From positions 4,046 to 68,045 of the IMG/VR virus record IMGVR_UViG_3300029305_004897: 64,000 bases of DNA, one strand, 5' to 3'. Positions within the stretch are counted from its first letter, which is position 1, and the number at the start of each line of letters is the position of its first letter. The notes below the pieces were generated by a model, which had not been told where the DNA came from, made no database searches, and saw only the letters and a list, made by a program, of their open reading frames with translations. Below are positions 49,319-59,586 of the stretch, piece by piece. The stretch comes from a virus (lineage: Duplodnaviria; Caudoviricetes). The position numbers and the translations under genes are program-made.

Positions 49319-50626
49319 ATGGCTAACGAAATCAAAAAGTATTTGTCTCTTGATGGTCTGAAGGACTATGATGCGAGAATTAAGGCGCTGATCGATTCTG
49401 AAGCTTCTGCCGCCGAACAGGCTGCAAAGGATCATGCAGATGGTCTGGCTTCCAATTATGATCCTGCTGGTACTGCTCAGACCAAGGTAAATGAACTGGC
49501 TGACGGTCAGGTTAAGACCAACACTGAAGCTATCGCTGAAATCAACGATGAAAAGACTGGTATTCTGAAGCAGGCAAAGGATCATGCAGATGGTAAGGAT
49601 GCTGCTATTCAGGCTGCCGCTGACGCCGCTGCCGCTGCTCAGGCCGCAGCTGACAATGCTCAGACTGCCGCTGATAATGCACAAGCTGACTATGATGCAC
49701 TGGTTGATGAAACCGAAGGCTCCAAGGGTCGTATCCCTGTACTGGAAGAAAAGGTGCAGAACCTGATCACCAATGCATATGACGACACCGAAATTCGTGG
49801 TCTGATCCAGACCAATGCAGGCGACATTGATACTCTGGAAGGTCGTGCCGATGCACTGGAAGACACTGTTACCACTCTGGTTGGTGACGATGCTGACAAG
49901 TCTGTTCGCACCATCGCTAACGAAGAACTGGCAAAGCAGCTGATTGCTGAAGGCGCAAAGGAATCTTTGGATACTCTCACTGAAATTGTTGCATGGATTC
50001 AGTCTCATCCCGACGATGCTTCTGCCATGAATAAGGCTATCGAAGATCTGGAAGCTCTGGTTGGCACTCTGCCTGAAGGCGTTACCGCTACTACTATCGT
50101 TGGTTACATTCAGGAAGCTGTAGCTGCTGAAAAGAGTCGTGCCGAACTTGCCGAAGGCGCTCTGTCTGACAGACTGGATGTTGTTGAAGGTCTGCTGGGC
50201 GATGGCGAAAACAATGTTGACGCTCGTATTGCCGCTGCAAAGCAGGAAGCTATCAACACCGCTGCCGGTGATGCTACCACCAAGGCTGGTCAGGCTCTGA
50301 CTGATGCCAACGCTTACACTGACGGTGAAATCGATAAGGTTGAAGCAACTGTTGGTACCAATACTCAGAACATCACTGCTCTGACTGGCCGTGTTGATAC
50401 TGCCGAAGACGACATTGATGCTCTGGAAGCTTCTCTGGCTGAAGGCGGCGCAACTGCCAATGCTATCGCTGCTGCAAAGAAGGCTGGCGATGATGCACAG
50501 GCTGATGTTGATGCTCTGGTTGCTGAAGGCGGCAGAATTCCTACCCTGGAAAGCAAGGTTGCTACTCTGGAATCCGTAACTTGGACTGAAATCTCCGGCG
50601 TAGAAATCGAAGCTATGTTTGCGTAA
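49319..50626 (+). CDS. Coiled-coil fibre protein
   Basis: 435 aa Ala/Asp/Glu-rich; KYLSLDGL N-terminus; GAKESLDTLTEIVAWI motif. Confidence 0.6.
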   Translation: MANEIKKYLSLDGLKDYDARIKALIDSEASAAEQAAKDHADGLASNYDPAGTAQTKVNELADGQVKTNTEAIAEINDEKTGILKQAKDHADGKDAAIQAAADAAAAAQAAADNAQTAADNAQADYDALVDETEGSKGRIPVLEEKVQNLITNAYDDTEIRGLIQTNAGDIDTLEGRADALEDTVTTLVGDDADKSVRTIANEELAKQLIAEGAKESLDTLTEIVAWIQSHPDDASAMNKAIEDLEALVGTLPEGVTATTIVGYIQEAVAAEKSRAELAEGALSDRLDVVEGLLGDGENNVDARIAAAKQEAINTAAGDATTKAGQALTDANAYTDGEIDKVEATVGTNTQNITALTGRVDTAEDDIDALEASLAEGGATANAIAAAKKAGDDAQADVDALVAEGGRIPTLESKVATLESVTWTEISGVEIEAMFA

Positions 50627-50754
50627 TTCTATATAAATCCATGGGGGCAGGAGGTCTTCCTCCTCCCCCTTGTTTATATAAGCTGCCCGATGTTATTGGG
50701 TATGACAAATGATGTCGGGGAGTTTGTATCCCCGGAAATTACAGGAGGTTTTTT

Positions 50755-51054
50755 ATGGGCGAAAATGAAAGAAAATATGTAGGTCAGACTGCGCTCGATG
50801 CTCTTATTGCTAAAATTAAAGCCTTATTTTCTACAAAAGATGAAGTTAGTGAGATTCAGTCTGCCCTGAATGAAAAAGTATCTACAGATAGAACAATTAA
50901 TGAAAAACCATTGAATGAAAACATTACCCTTACCGCATCCGATGTTGGCGCTTATTCCAAAGAGGAAATCAATACATTTGAATTTATCACCGTTGAGGAT
51001 ATTGATACTATTTGTGGAAGCGAAATTCAGCCTGCGAGTGACGTTATGTTTTAA
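50755..51054 (+). CDS. Short fibre-module protein
   Basis: KYVGQTALDALIAKIKALF N-terminus; RTINEKPLNENITLTASDVGA fibre repeat. Confidence 0.55.
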   Translation: MGENERKYVGQTALDALIAKIKALFSTKDEVSEIQSALNEKVSTDRTINEKPLNENITLTASDVGAYSKEEINTFEFITVEDIDTICGSEIQPASDVMF

Positions 51055-51073
51055 GATCGGGTAAGGTGATGCT

Positions 51074-53269
51074 ATGAATGAAGAACTGATCATTGCCAAC
51101 AAATCCGACATAACCAATATCGCAGACGCAGTTCGTGAACAAACCGGCGAAGAGGATTTGATGTCTATCGGAGAAATCCCGGCAAAAATTAAATCCTTAT
51201 CCAACAGCGGGCCGCAGATTCAGGCAGACTTAAATCAGAATGATGAAACGGCAGTAGATTATGTAAAAAACAGAACACATTGGATTGAAGATGATGGAGA
51301 AACGTATCATCCTCTTGATGAAAAGTTTATTCCAGACACAATCGCAACCAAAGATTATGTTGAAGAGTTTTATAAGAAATTAAGTTCAGATAGGGCATTA
51401 AGATTTTATTGTATTGAAGATGTGACTGTCGTTCTTAATGGTGTTTCTACAACATATCCAGCAAATTCAAACGTAGAAGTTAAATTTTTGGAGACCGATA
51501 CGTTTGAGATTATTCCTACATCAGATAATTCCATTTTGGCGTTAAACGGTTTCCCAGGTACTCTTGGAACTTATTATTCCTGGTTGGAAGGCGTTAAGCA
51601 GTTTTCAAATATCTTGTTTGATATGAACGCAGAGGATATGTATTCCAAATGGAGCCAAGGCAATCAAGGTGCATATCAAGTGCAATTCGCGCAATACGCA
51701 AACTGCATTTTCTGGAGTGACAATCCTTATATAAGTGAAGTTGCCAGAAGAACAAACTATACATTGTATTACACATCACAATTGCCTTTATGCTATTCAA
51801 CCATTCCAGACAACACATTTAAAGCCTTTTATTTGGCTTTCGGCGCAAATAGCGACCCTAACTGGGGAAACCAAGCATATAGAGATAGCTTCGCAAAAGC
51901 GACATGGGCAACACAGGTATTTAGTTATTATGGCGCAAGAACAATCGGTATTTTTGGACATGATGATCCTGATTTTAACATCATTTTACCCAAAGACTGT
52001 AGGGGTTTAATGTGTGAGGCGACGGCTATTGAAAATGCTGGTACATTTGATGCCCTTAATGTTACCAACTTCGGGGCGAAGTCTGGAAGCTGGAGAGACG
52101 CTTTTAGAATGTGCTATTCTTTAAGAAACTTATACATCAAGAATCTTAAAGTCAATCTAAATGTATCATGGTCTCCATTAAACTATGATTCTATTTATTT
52201 CATTATTTCCTCTGCTGCAAATACAAATGCGATAACAATATCTGTTTCGCCTTACACATACCACTTATTAAGCCAGGCCGATTTTGATCTGGCGGCAAGT
52301 AAAAACATTACCATAGAATTGCTTACAACTAATTATGCTGAAGATAGACGTTTGAGTTCTATTACAATTAATGGTGATGGTACAAAAGTTTTGAGTAATG
52401 ATGGCACGTATAAAACATTACCTACAAAAACGAGTCAGTTAGAAAATAATAGTGGATTTGTTAGTAGTGATGAAGCTCTTCTAAAAACTGAACAAACACT
52501 AACAGATGAAGAATTAACGCAAGTTCGTACAAATCTTAAATTTATTGGTAAGAGTTTGGGCGGGGAAACAATAACACTTGATGATACTGATTATACCGCT
52601 TCAAATACTGCTGAAATTTTTGGCGATTATGATACCAATATTGCCATAGGCGATTGGTCTATTGCTGAGGGCAGTAATACTGTAGCAAAAGGTCGTGCAT
52701 CTCATGCAGAAGGAGCTTTTTCTCAAGCTCTACAAGATGGCACTCACGTAGAAGGTTATCAAACCAAAGCTACAGGATATTGGTCACACGCAGAGGGCGA
52801 AATGACAATTGTATCGTCCTATGCTTCTCATGCTGAAGGTTCTTATACCACCATGCCTGATGGAACTACTAGATATAGTACCGCTGCTGGCTATGCTTCT
52901 CATACGGAAGGCGGTGGATGTCATACAAATGGTGTTGCCTCTCACGCAGAAGGTATCGGTACAACCGCGAATGGAAGATGTGCACACACAGAAGGCACAT
53001 ATACCATAGCATCTGGTAAAGCGCAACATGTAGAAGGTTTAGCAAATATAGAAGATACCGAAGATAAATATATTCATATTGCTGGTAATGGTGTTGACCC
53101 ATCAAATAGAAGCAATGCTTATACTCTTGACTGGGATGGCAATGGATGGTTTGCAGGAAGTGTTGAAGCAACCGCAATTATATTACGGTCTTCTACAGAA
53201 GGAAGCGCCAAAACCTTTAAGATCACCGTTGACGACTCCGGTACTCTTTCTGTGACCGAAAATGTTTAA
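51074..53269 (+). CDS. Adhesin-like fibre with YadA-head-like (S/T)HAEG repeats
   Basis: 731 aa; about 10 SHAEG/THVEG-type repeats near the C-terminus, then HIAGNG...RSNAYTLDWDGN; AT-rich central region. Confidence 0.7.
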   Translation: MNEELIIANKSDITNIADAVREQTGEEDLMSIGEIPAKIKSLSNSGPQIQADLNQNDETAVDYVKNRTHWIEDDGETYHPLDEKFIPDTIATKDYVEEFYKKLSSDRALRFYCIEDVTVVLNGVSTTYPANSNVEVKFLETDTFEIIPTSDNSILALNGFPGTLGTYYSWLEGVKQFSNILFDMNAEDMYSKWSQGNQGAYQVQFAQYANCIFWSDNPYISEVARRTNYTLYYTSQLPLCYSTIPDNTFKAFYLAFGANSDPNWGNQAYRDSFAKATWATQVFSYYGARTIGIFGHDDPDFNIILPKDCRGLMCEATAIENAGTFDALNVTNFGAKSGSWRDAFRMCYSLRNLYIKNLKVNLNVSWSPLNYDSIYFIISSAANTNAITISVSPYTYHLLSQADFDLAASKNITIELLTTNYAEDRRLSSITINGDGTKVLSNDGTYKTLPTKTSQLENNSGFVSSDEALLKTEQTLTDEELTQVRTNLKFIGKSLGGETITLDDTDYTASNTAEIFGDYDTNIAIGDWSIAEGSNTVAKGRASHAEGAFSQALQDGTHVEGYQTKATGYWSHAEGEMTIVSSYASHAEGSYTTMPDGTTRYSTAAGYASHTEGGGCHTNGVASHAEGIGTTANGRCAHTEGTYTIASGKAQHVEGLANIEDTEDKYIHIAGNGVDPSNRSNAYTLDWDGNGWFAGSVEATAIILRSSTEGSAKTFKITVDDSGTLSVTENV

Positions 53270-53290
53270 TAAAGGAACGAGGTGTTTTTA

Positions 53291-53803
53291 ATGAGTGATA
53301 ACATAAAAATTATTGCTGACAAAGAAGAGATTGATAATATTGCTGACGCTGTCAGAGAGAAGACTGGCAAAACGGAAAAGATGTCGCTTGGGGAAATTGC
53401 AAGCGAGATTAACGGGATTGAGGATGGTGGTTCTGGGAGTATTGTTGCGCCAGAATTATTTACTGTTACGTTTGAAACAGAAAAAGGCTACTCTGGTAAT
53501 ACAACAATATACCCTATTAATATTTCATATTTGACCATCGATGAAAACAATATGCTTTGTCGCAAGACGGTGTCTGGTTTGTCTGGTTCATTCAGTTTTA
53601 TTCCAAATACTTGGTTTGAATTATGGACAGATGAGGTCGAGGTCGATAGTGGATGGGGAGCATCTGAAACAGTCTATCCAAGTATACTTGAAACCAATGG
53701 CGAAACACCATATGTATCCGCTGGAGGGTCAGACCATTCTATGTGTGCATATAATGCAGCAATGTTATCAGATACTGACCATATCATTATTAAAATAAGC
53801 TGA
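53291..53803 (+). CDS. Fibre-module protein
   Basis: N-terminus NIADAVREKTG is paralogous to the 51074 N-terminus. Confidence 0.55.
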   Translation: MSDNIKIIADKEEIDNIADAVREKTGKTEKMSLGEIASEINGIEDGGSGSIVAPELFTVTFETEKGYSGNTTIYPINISYLTIDENNMLCRKTVSGLSGSFSFIPNTWFELWTDEVEVDSGWGASETVYPSILETNGETPYVSAGGSDHSMCAYNAAMLSDTDHIIIKIS

Positions 53804-53819
53804 TAAGAAGGCAATTGTC

Positions 53820-54590
53820 ATGCAGTGGCACACACGAATACTGGGTGTTTTCTTATGTATTATCATGCTTTGCATATATGCTCCTTCTTTTATTTTCGCA
53901 GCCGTTGATACCTCCATTGACATTTCCCATTCATCCGATGGTTATTTCACAGTTAACTACTCAGAACAAAATCCTGTCAAAATGAAGGTTGAGGTAACCT
54001 ATGGCAAGACAACAACCTATTATGATTACACTGCCGGAGAAGAGTCTTCCTATGCTTTTGTAAAAGGGGATGGCATCTACACGATTGGGTTATACAAGAA
54101 TGTATCCGGAACGAAGTACAAACGTGTTGCTGTGGCAAGCGTGAATGTAATTCTTGATGATCCGCTGTCTCCTTATCTCGTAAGCACGAAGGAAGTGGCG
54201 TTTTCCGAGGATGATGCCGTCAGCAAGAAAGCTGCTGAAATATGCGACAAGCTATCTGATCAGGTATCTAAAATTATAGCGATATACGAATATGTCCACG
54301 ACAATATTTCATATGATTATGAAATTGCTGCAGATATAAGTAGTGGCAAGATTAAACTATATTCTCCGAAAGCTACTGAAATACTCAGTAGTCATAAAGG
54401 AATCTGCTATGATTTCGCTACACTATTTGCAGCTATGTGTAGAAGTCAAGGAATTCCTTGTCGTATAGTAAAGGGTTATTATCGGAATGTTTATCATGCT
54501 TGGAACGAAGTTTACCTTGATGGACTTTGGTACAAGGTTGATTCTACCATTTCGATTAACAAAGAAATATTAAAGAAAAAATCCAATTAA
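53820..54590 (+). CDS. Secreted transglutaminase-like domain protein
   Basis: Signal-peptide-like N-terminus; catalytic-triad pattern GICYDFA...HAWNEVYLDGLWYKVDST (Cys, His, Asp). Confidence 0.8.
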   Translation: MQWHTRILGVFLCIIMLCIYAPSFIFAAVDTSIDISHSSDGYFTVNYSEQNPVKMKVEVTYGKTTTYYDYTAGEESSYAFVKGDGIYTIGLYKNVSGTKYKRVAVASVNVILDDPLSPYLVSTKEVAFSEDDAVSKKAAEICDKLSDQVSKIIAIYEYVHDNISYDYEIAADISSGKIKLYSPKATEILSSHKGICYDFATLFAAMCRSQGIPCRIVKGYYRNVYHAWNEVYLDGLWYKVDSTISINKEILKKKSN

Positions 54591-54605
54591 AAAGGAGGAA
54601 ACGAG

Positions 54606-55727
54606 ATGACAAATCCTTCCATTTTTGCTGCATTCGAAAGGATGTGGCAGCATGTCGTCGCTTTGACCGGCGGGAAAGCGAATGCCGTTCACAATCACGA
54701 TGACTTGTATTATACCGAAGCGGAAGTGGATGGAATGGTTTCCGGATTCGAAACCACGGATGACGCCGCTTCCAAACTTGCCGAAGCAAAAACGTATGCG
54801 GAGACACAGGCTTCCGGTGCTGTTACTTCTGCGGGATCTGCGGCGGATACCAAAATCAGCACACACAATACGGCCACAAATGCGCATAATGATATCCGCA
54901 ATCTGATTACCGGACTAACTGACCGGTTGAACGCTCTGGCGAACTCCGATGATACGACTCTTGACCAGATGGCGGAAGTTGTTGCTTATATCAAGTCCAA
55001 CCGAACGCTGATTGAAGGTATAACCACCAACAAGGTTAATGTTTCTGATATTATTGACAATCTGACGACCAATGTGGCGAACAAGCCTTTGTCTGCGGCG
55101 CAGGGTGTTGCGCTGAAAGCACTGATTGATGCGATTGAAGTTCCGGTTCAGTCTGTTAACGGTAAGACTGGTACTGTATCTCTTGGCGCTTCTGACGTTG
55201 GTGCTGATGCAAGTGGGACTGCGTCTTCGGCTGTTTCTGCGCATAACAGTTCTGCTACAGCGCACTCTGATATCCGGGACGCTATTCCCACCAAGGTTTC
55301 TGATCTGACGAATGATAGCGGGTTTACTTCTAACACTGGTACTATTACCGGGGTGAGTGCTAATGGAACGTCTGTAGCAACTTCTGGTGTTGCTGACATT
55401 CCTGCGGCAAGCACGAGTGCGTATGGTGTGACGAAGCTGAGTACATCTACTTCCGGGACAAGCACTGCTCTGGCAGCTACGGAAAGTGCGGTTAAGGCTG
55501 CTTATGATAAGGGGGTAAGCGCAGAAACTGCTGCTTCTAATGCGCAGACTACCGCTGAAGCTGCTATGCCGAAAGCTGGTGGGACATTTACTGGTCAGGT
55601 AACTGCTGCGGCCAATAATACCGGGACTACTGCCTGTGTGCGTAATGTTGCGTTTGGGTCTTCTTCTGCTTTGGCTTCTCTCGCAAGTACGGCGAATAAC
55701 GGGACTATCCTGATTTATACGTCGTGA
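54606..55727 (+). CDS. Tail fibre protein
   Basis: HNHDDLYYTEAEVD, DTTLDQMAEVV, KPLSAAQGVALK, VQSVNGKTGTVSL and YGVTKLSTS fibre motifs. Confidence 0.7.
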   Translation: MTNPSIFAAFERMWQHVVALTGGKANAVHNHDDLYYTEAEVDGMVSGFETTDDAASKLAEAKTYAETQASGAVTSAGSAADTKISTHNTATNAHNDIRNLITGLTDRLNALANSDDTTLDQMAEVVAYIKSNRTLIEGITTNKVNVSDIIDNLTTNVANKPLSAAQGVALKALIDAIEVPVQSVNGKTGTVSLGASDVGADASGTASSAVSAHNSSATAHSDIRDAIPTKVSDLTNDSGFTSNTGTITGVSANGTSVATSGVADIPAASTSAYGVTKLSTSTSGTSTALAATESAVKAAYDKGVSAETAASNAQTTAEAAMPKAGGTFTGQVTAAANNTGTTACVRNVAFGSSSALASLASTANNGTILIYTS

Positions 55728-55765
55728 TGGTCGTAAAATTTGAGAGAAAGGAGATGACTTAAAAT

Positions 55766-56860
55766 ATGGCAACAACAGTAGCGTCGGGAACACTATACCT
55801 AAAGCATTCAACTATGATCGCTGGGTTTGGACAAATCAATTATAGTTTTTATGATTCTGGCTATTTTAGTTATAGTTTTACCGCGGGTGCTGGCACTTGG
55901 AAATCCGGTATGTACTTAGAGGTAACGTATAATGGGACAACAAAAAAGCTTGATTCTTGGACTCGTTCGACTACTTTTACTTATAAGCGATCCGTAAGTG
56001 AAATAACATTTAATTTTATCGATAGCACCTATGGTGATAATAGTGTAGGTTGTTTTTATCCTTATTCATATCAGGATGGCCCGTATGCTCCTTATACGGT
56101 ATCATGGACGCCGCCAAACACAGCTCCCTCAGTTAGCTTTAGTTCGTTACCAACATTATATGCTGGGAAAACTGCTAAAATTTCATGGACATCAAGCGAC
56201 CCGGAAGGTGACAGTGTATCATATCAAAATCTCTATAGATATTACAAAGCATCAGGTGCAACGCAGTATTCATATAACATTTTAACGTATAATACAACCT
56301 CAAAATCTTATACTGATACAATTCCTGATATTGTTGGCGGATCTGTATATTATAAGATTACAGCCAAGGATGCGTATGGATTGACCGCATCGGCAACAAG
56401 CAGCACGGTTACAGTTCAAAAATATAACAACGCTCCAACTGCTTCCATATCCGTCTCACCATCTACATTATATAACGGAAAGACGGCTACTATTACGTGG
56501 TCGTTCTCAGATGCTGATGGTGATACTGTAAATACCACGAAACTGGTGCGATACTATAAGGCAGCCGGAGCAAGCAGTTATTCATCTACCACTTTAACGA
56601 CAAGCAACGTAAAGACATACACGGACACCATTCCGAGCAATCTTGCTGGCGGTTCTGTTTACTATATTGTTACGTTTACTGATGGCACAGCCACGGCAAC
56701 AAAACAAAGCAGCACATATACCGTTCAGCAGTCTTGTAACGTGAATGTGATTGTAAGTGGCGTTATCACACAGGCATCGGATGTAGCAGTTATTTCCAAT
56801 GGCGTTATCACGACAATGAATGGTGAACTGCATCCTGTGGTCAGCGGTGTAATTACATAA
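55766..56860 (+). CDS. Fn3/Ig-like repeat fibre-tip protein
   Basis: Two repeats of N.AP..S....TLY.GKTA.I.WS.SD..GD.V.....RYYKA.GA...YTDTIP...GGSVYY. Confidence 0.6.
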   Translation: MATTVASGTLYLKHSTMIAGFGQINYSFYDSGYFSYSFTAGAGTWKSGMYLEVTYNGTTKKLDSWTRSTTFTYKRSVSEITFNFIDSTYGDNSVGCFYPYSYQDGPYAPYTVSWTPPNTAPSVSFSSLPTLYAGKTAKISWTSSDPEGDSVSYQNLYRYYKASGATQYSYNILTYNTTSKSYTDTIPDIVGGSVYYKITAKDAYGLTASATSSTVTVQKYNNAPTASISVSPSTLYNGKTATITWSFSDADGDTVNTTKLVRYYKAAGASSYSSTTLTTSNVKTYTDTIPSNLAGGSVYYIVTFTDGTATATKQSSTYTVQQSCNVNVIVSGVITQASDVAVISNGVITTMNGELHPVVSGVIT

Positions 56861-56881
56861 AGCAAAGGAGAAATTGAAATT

Positions 56882-57235
56882 ATGATTATTAGAACGAGCG
56901 ACAGAGATATTCATGTTATCGCTGTTTATGACGATATTATGACGGAAAACAAGCGCACTTTTCCGGCACTGAGATTTGAATTTGAAGCTGGTGTATCAAC
57001 CGAAGAAATCCAGTCTTTGATGAGCGGAAGCTTCGAAATCCTGAATGACCTTGGCGAAGTTCTTGGTACTCACGAAGGTTATAACACTCTGAACAAGGTT
57101 TCCGTTACCATTGCGCAGGTGAAAACAGCAGAACAGGAAAGAGACGAAGCTGAACAGCAGAGAGATGCAGCAGAACAGGAAAGAGATGAACTTCAGGAAA
57201 CCCTGAATATCCTTCTTGGAGGTGAAGTAGAATGA
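56882..57235 (+). CDS. Hypothetical fibre assembly protein
   Basis: 117 aa with C-terminal EQERDE heptad repeats ending LNILLGGE. Confidence 0.55.
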   Translation: MIIRTSDRDIHVIAVYDDIMTENKRTFPALRFEFEAGVSTEEIQSLMSGSFEILNDLGEVLGTHEGYNTLNKVSVTIAQVKTAEQERDEAEQQRDAAEQERDELQETLNILLGGEVE

Positions 57236-57654
57236 AAATCAGCAGAGAAAAAGCGTTGAGACTGAGAAAGATTATTGAAATGGCTATGAATTCCGCTCCG
57301 CTGGATGATGCCATTGCTATTGAAGGGACGACCCTGTTTGCAGAATGGGAAGTCGGAATGGAATACAAAGTTGGAGATAAGGTCAGATATAATGATATTC
57401 TGTACAGAGTGCTGACAGAACATGTATCTCAGGAAACCTGGACGCCCGATGTTTCTCCTTCCCTGTTTGCGGAAGTGTTGATTCCTGATGAAGAACAGAT
57501 TTATCCTTGGGAACAGCCGGACAGCACCAATCCTTATATGAAGGGCGACAAGGTAACACACAATGACAAGGTTTGGGAATCTCAGGTTGATAATAATACT
57601 TGGGAACCCGGCGTAGTTGGCACTGAAGCTCTGTGGACTGAAGTGGTTGAATAA
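57232..57654 (+). CDS. CBM5/12-like carbohydrate-binding protein
   Basis: EW..GMEYKVGDKVRYNDILYRV...H.SQETWTPD and YMKGDKVTHNDKVWES..DNN.WEPG repeats. Confidence 0.7.
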   Translation: MKISREKALRLRKIIEMAMNSAPLDDAIAIEGTTLFAEWEVGMEYKVGDKVRYNDILYRVLTEHVSQETWTPDVSPSLFAEVLIPDEEQIYPWEQPDSTNPYMKGDKVTHNDKVWESQVDNNTWEPGVVGTEALWTEVVE

Positions 57655-57664
57655 TTAAGATTTT

Positions 57665-57689
57665 AGCCGTTTGAAGGCTTTTTTATTTT
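57665..57689 (+). terminator. Rho-independent terminator
   Basis: AGCC/GGCT stem plus T-run. Confidence 0.5.
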
Positions 57690-57698
57690 GGAGTACAT

Positions 57699-58034
57699 AT
57701 GAAACGACTTTGTATGATATTGGTGACAATTTGCATACTGGTTGTTTTCGTAGTAGGAATTTCCGCCAGACATGTTGTTATATCTCAGCCGGATGAAACC
57801 GAGGATATAATTTATGAATCTGGCGGAAAGATCTATTACGTCCATCCGCCAAAATATTGTATGTTTTGCGGTGAAGAACAGCCATATTATGTAAAATATG
57901 AGCCATGGACTAAAAGGAATCATGTCGTAAGGCATTACTGCATTGAGTGCAGACGGGATCAGCTTGGCGGCGTTATAAGCAAACAACACCGCTGGGTTGA
58001 TGATGTATGCGAATATTGCGGTGAGGAACGATGA
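57699..58034 (+). CDS. Small secreted/membrane Cys-rich protein
   Basis: Hydrophobic N-terminus then CMFC, CIEC and CEYC motifs. Confidence 0.55.
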   Translation: MKRLCMILVTICILVVFVVGISARHVVISQPDETEDIIYESGGKIYYVHPPKYCMFCGEEQPYYVKYEPWTKRNHVVRHYCIECRRDQLGGVISKQHRWVDDVCEYCGEER

Positions 58035-58053
58035 TTTATTAAGGAGTGATTGG

Positions 58054-59217
58054 ATGAGATATCCATATAAAAATGGAAGCACTGTTCGGATTTCATCCCC
58101 TTACGGATGGCGGAAAGATCCGTTCGGAGGGGGTTCTACAGAATGGCATCCGGGTATCGACTTCGTAGGAAGTGACAAAACTGTTTGTGCGGTCAGCGAC
58201 GGGAAAGTGGCTTGGGCTGGACGGGTTCTTGCATCTGCCGGTGGCCGCACATGGGAATGGGGCAATTATGTCAGAATAGAGACGGCTGACGGCACGAAGG
58301 AATATTATTGTCATCTGGATTCCATTCTGGTATATGCCGGTAAAAAGGTAAAAGCCGGGGATCCTATCGGTATTGAAGGATCTACCGGTAATGTAACCGG
58401 CAGGCATTTGCATTTTGAAGTGCGGAACAAGGCTGGCACAAAGTTAAACGCAGCGACATATTTGGGAATCGAAAATGCTGTTGGATCCTATTCTACACAG
58501 AAGGAAGTTACGAAGAAATACCCGGACAGCTATGAACGGAATGGGCTGACTTTTGTTCGCGCTTCTAATTTCGCCGTAAAATACCATGATGCAAGCAAGA
58601 GAACCGGTAATTACAGCCGCTATGTAAATGGCGGCTTTTTTGCTACCTACAGAACAAAAGAAGGTGTTTATTTCACGCTGCCGGTTGGCAATCTGGTATG
58701 CGATATGAAGACAATTCCGTTTGCTTCGCGGGAGTATATCGGTCAATATGTATCCGGCGGGAAATTCAGATATGATTGCGATGAGAATCACAGCAATCAA
58801 TTTCATGGAAAAATGGTTTCTACGCTGATCGTGCCCAAGTCCGGAGATCCGTACATTGCGGATGTAAACAAGGTTCCGGCAGATGCGAAATATGCGATCT
58901 CCGGGGTACCTACAGTAAGGAACGGGGATGATGTAGACTACTATAATTATGTTCAGTCTCAGGGTTGGGACACTTCCTGCATGTATGCTACATATCGGAG
59001 TTGGCTTGGGGTACGGGACGGAGAGATCTGGCTGATCACCGGGCGGACGACCACAAAGAATTACATTTACGGGATGGAATTCTGGAAGAAGGTTCGGGAC
59101 GAGCAGTTCGATGATATCATCTGTATTGACGGCGGCGGCAGCTATTACTGGAAGAACGGCAAGACTGTGAAGACTACTGCGGGATCCAGGCAGGTTAATA
59201 CGATTGTGGTGATTTGA
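58054..59217 (+). CDS. M23 peptidase fused to phosphodiester-glycosidase-like domain (putative lysin)
   Basis: M23 motifs HPGID, HLD, HLHFE; C-terminal ICIDGGGS motif; start moved to ATG 58054. Confidence 0.8.
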   Translation: MRYPYKNGSTVRISSPYGWRKDPFGGGSTEWHPGIDFVGSDKTVCAVSDGKVAWAGRVLASAGGRTWEWGNYVRIETADGTKEYYCHLDSILVYAGKKVKAGDPIGIEGSTGNVTGRHLHFEVRNKAGTKLNAATYLGIENAVGSYSTQKEVTKKYPDSYERNGLTFVRASNFAVKYHDASKRTGNYSRYVNGGFFATYRTKEGVYFTLPVGNLVCDMKTIPFASREYIGQYVSGGKFRYDCDENHSNQFHGKMVSTLIVPKSGDPYIADVNKVPADAKYAISGVPTVRNGDDVDYYNYVQSQGWDTSCMYATYRSWLGVRDGEIWLITGRTTTKNYIYGMEFWKKVRDEQFDDIICIDGGGSYYWKNGKTVKTTAGSRQVNTIVVI

Positions 59218-59226
59218 GGTATTGAC

Positions 59227-59586
59227 ATGGATGAGAGAGAAAAAGTTACAAAACGGGCGCTGAAGCTGATCCGGAAGAGGAGACGGGCGGCGGCGAGAGA
59301 TATTTCGTTTTCTAAAATTGTCATGATCGTGGTACTGGCAAATGGGATGCTGATGATGTGGTGTTCGTATGTTCTGGCATGGTTTGATAAGATTACGATT
59401 GCGGAAACGCTGTCATCTACTGTTGCTGATGTAATTGTTGGTTCTGTGCTTGGATATCTTGGCACCAAAACCGTGGAGAACATCAGCAAGTATGGGAGCC
59501 GGTTGAACGGGACGACAAAGGAGCAAGAAAAAGTGATTGAACTTGATGCTCCTATGGAAGAAGAAAAGATTGAGGAAATTGAGTAA
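59227..59586 (+). CDS. Two-TM membrane protein (holin-like)
   Basis: FSKIVMIVVLANGMLMMWCSYVLAWF and IVGSVLGYLGTKTVEN; located in the lysis region. Confidence 0.55.
   Translation: MDEREKVTKRALKLIRKRRRAAARDISFSKIVMIVVLANGMLMMWCSYVLAWFDKITIAETLSSTVADVIVGSVLGYLGTKTVENISKYGSRLNGTTKEQEKVIELDAPMEEEKIEEIE

Noticed and set aside
45566-50008. Long minus-strand ORFs (45566-47248, 47433-48785, 49301-50008) and similar ones elsewhere
   Set aside because: Antisense shadows of strongly codon-biased plus-strand genes; no RBS or plausible protein composition.
35500-50760. TATATAA-like motifs in several intergenic gaps as phage late promoters
   Set aside because: Too short and variable in AT-rich spacers to support without motif statistics.
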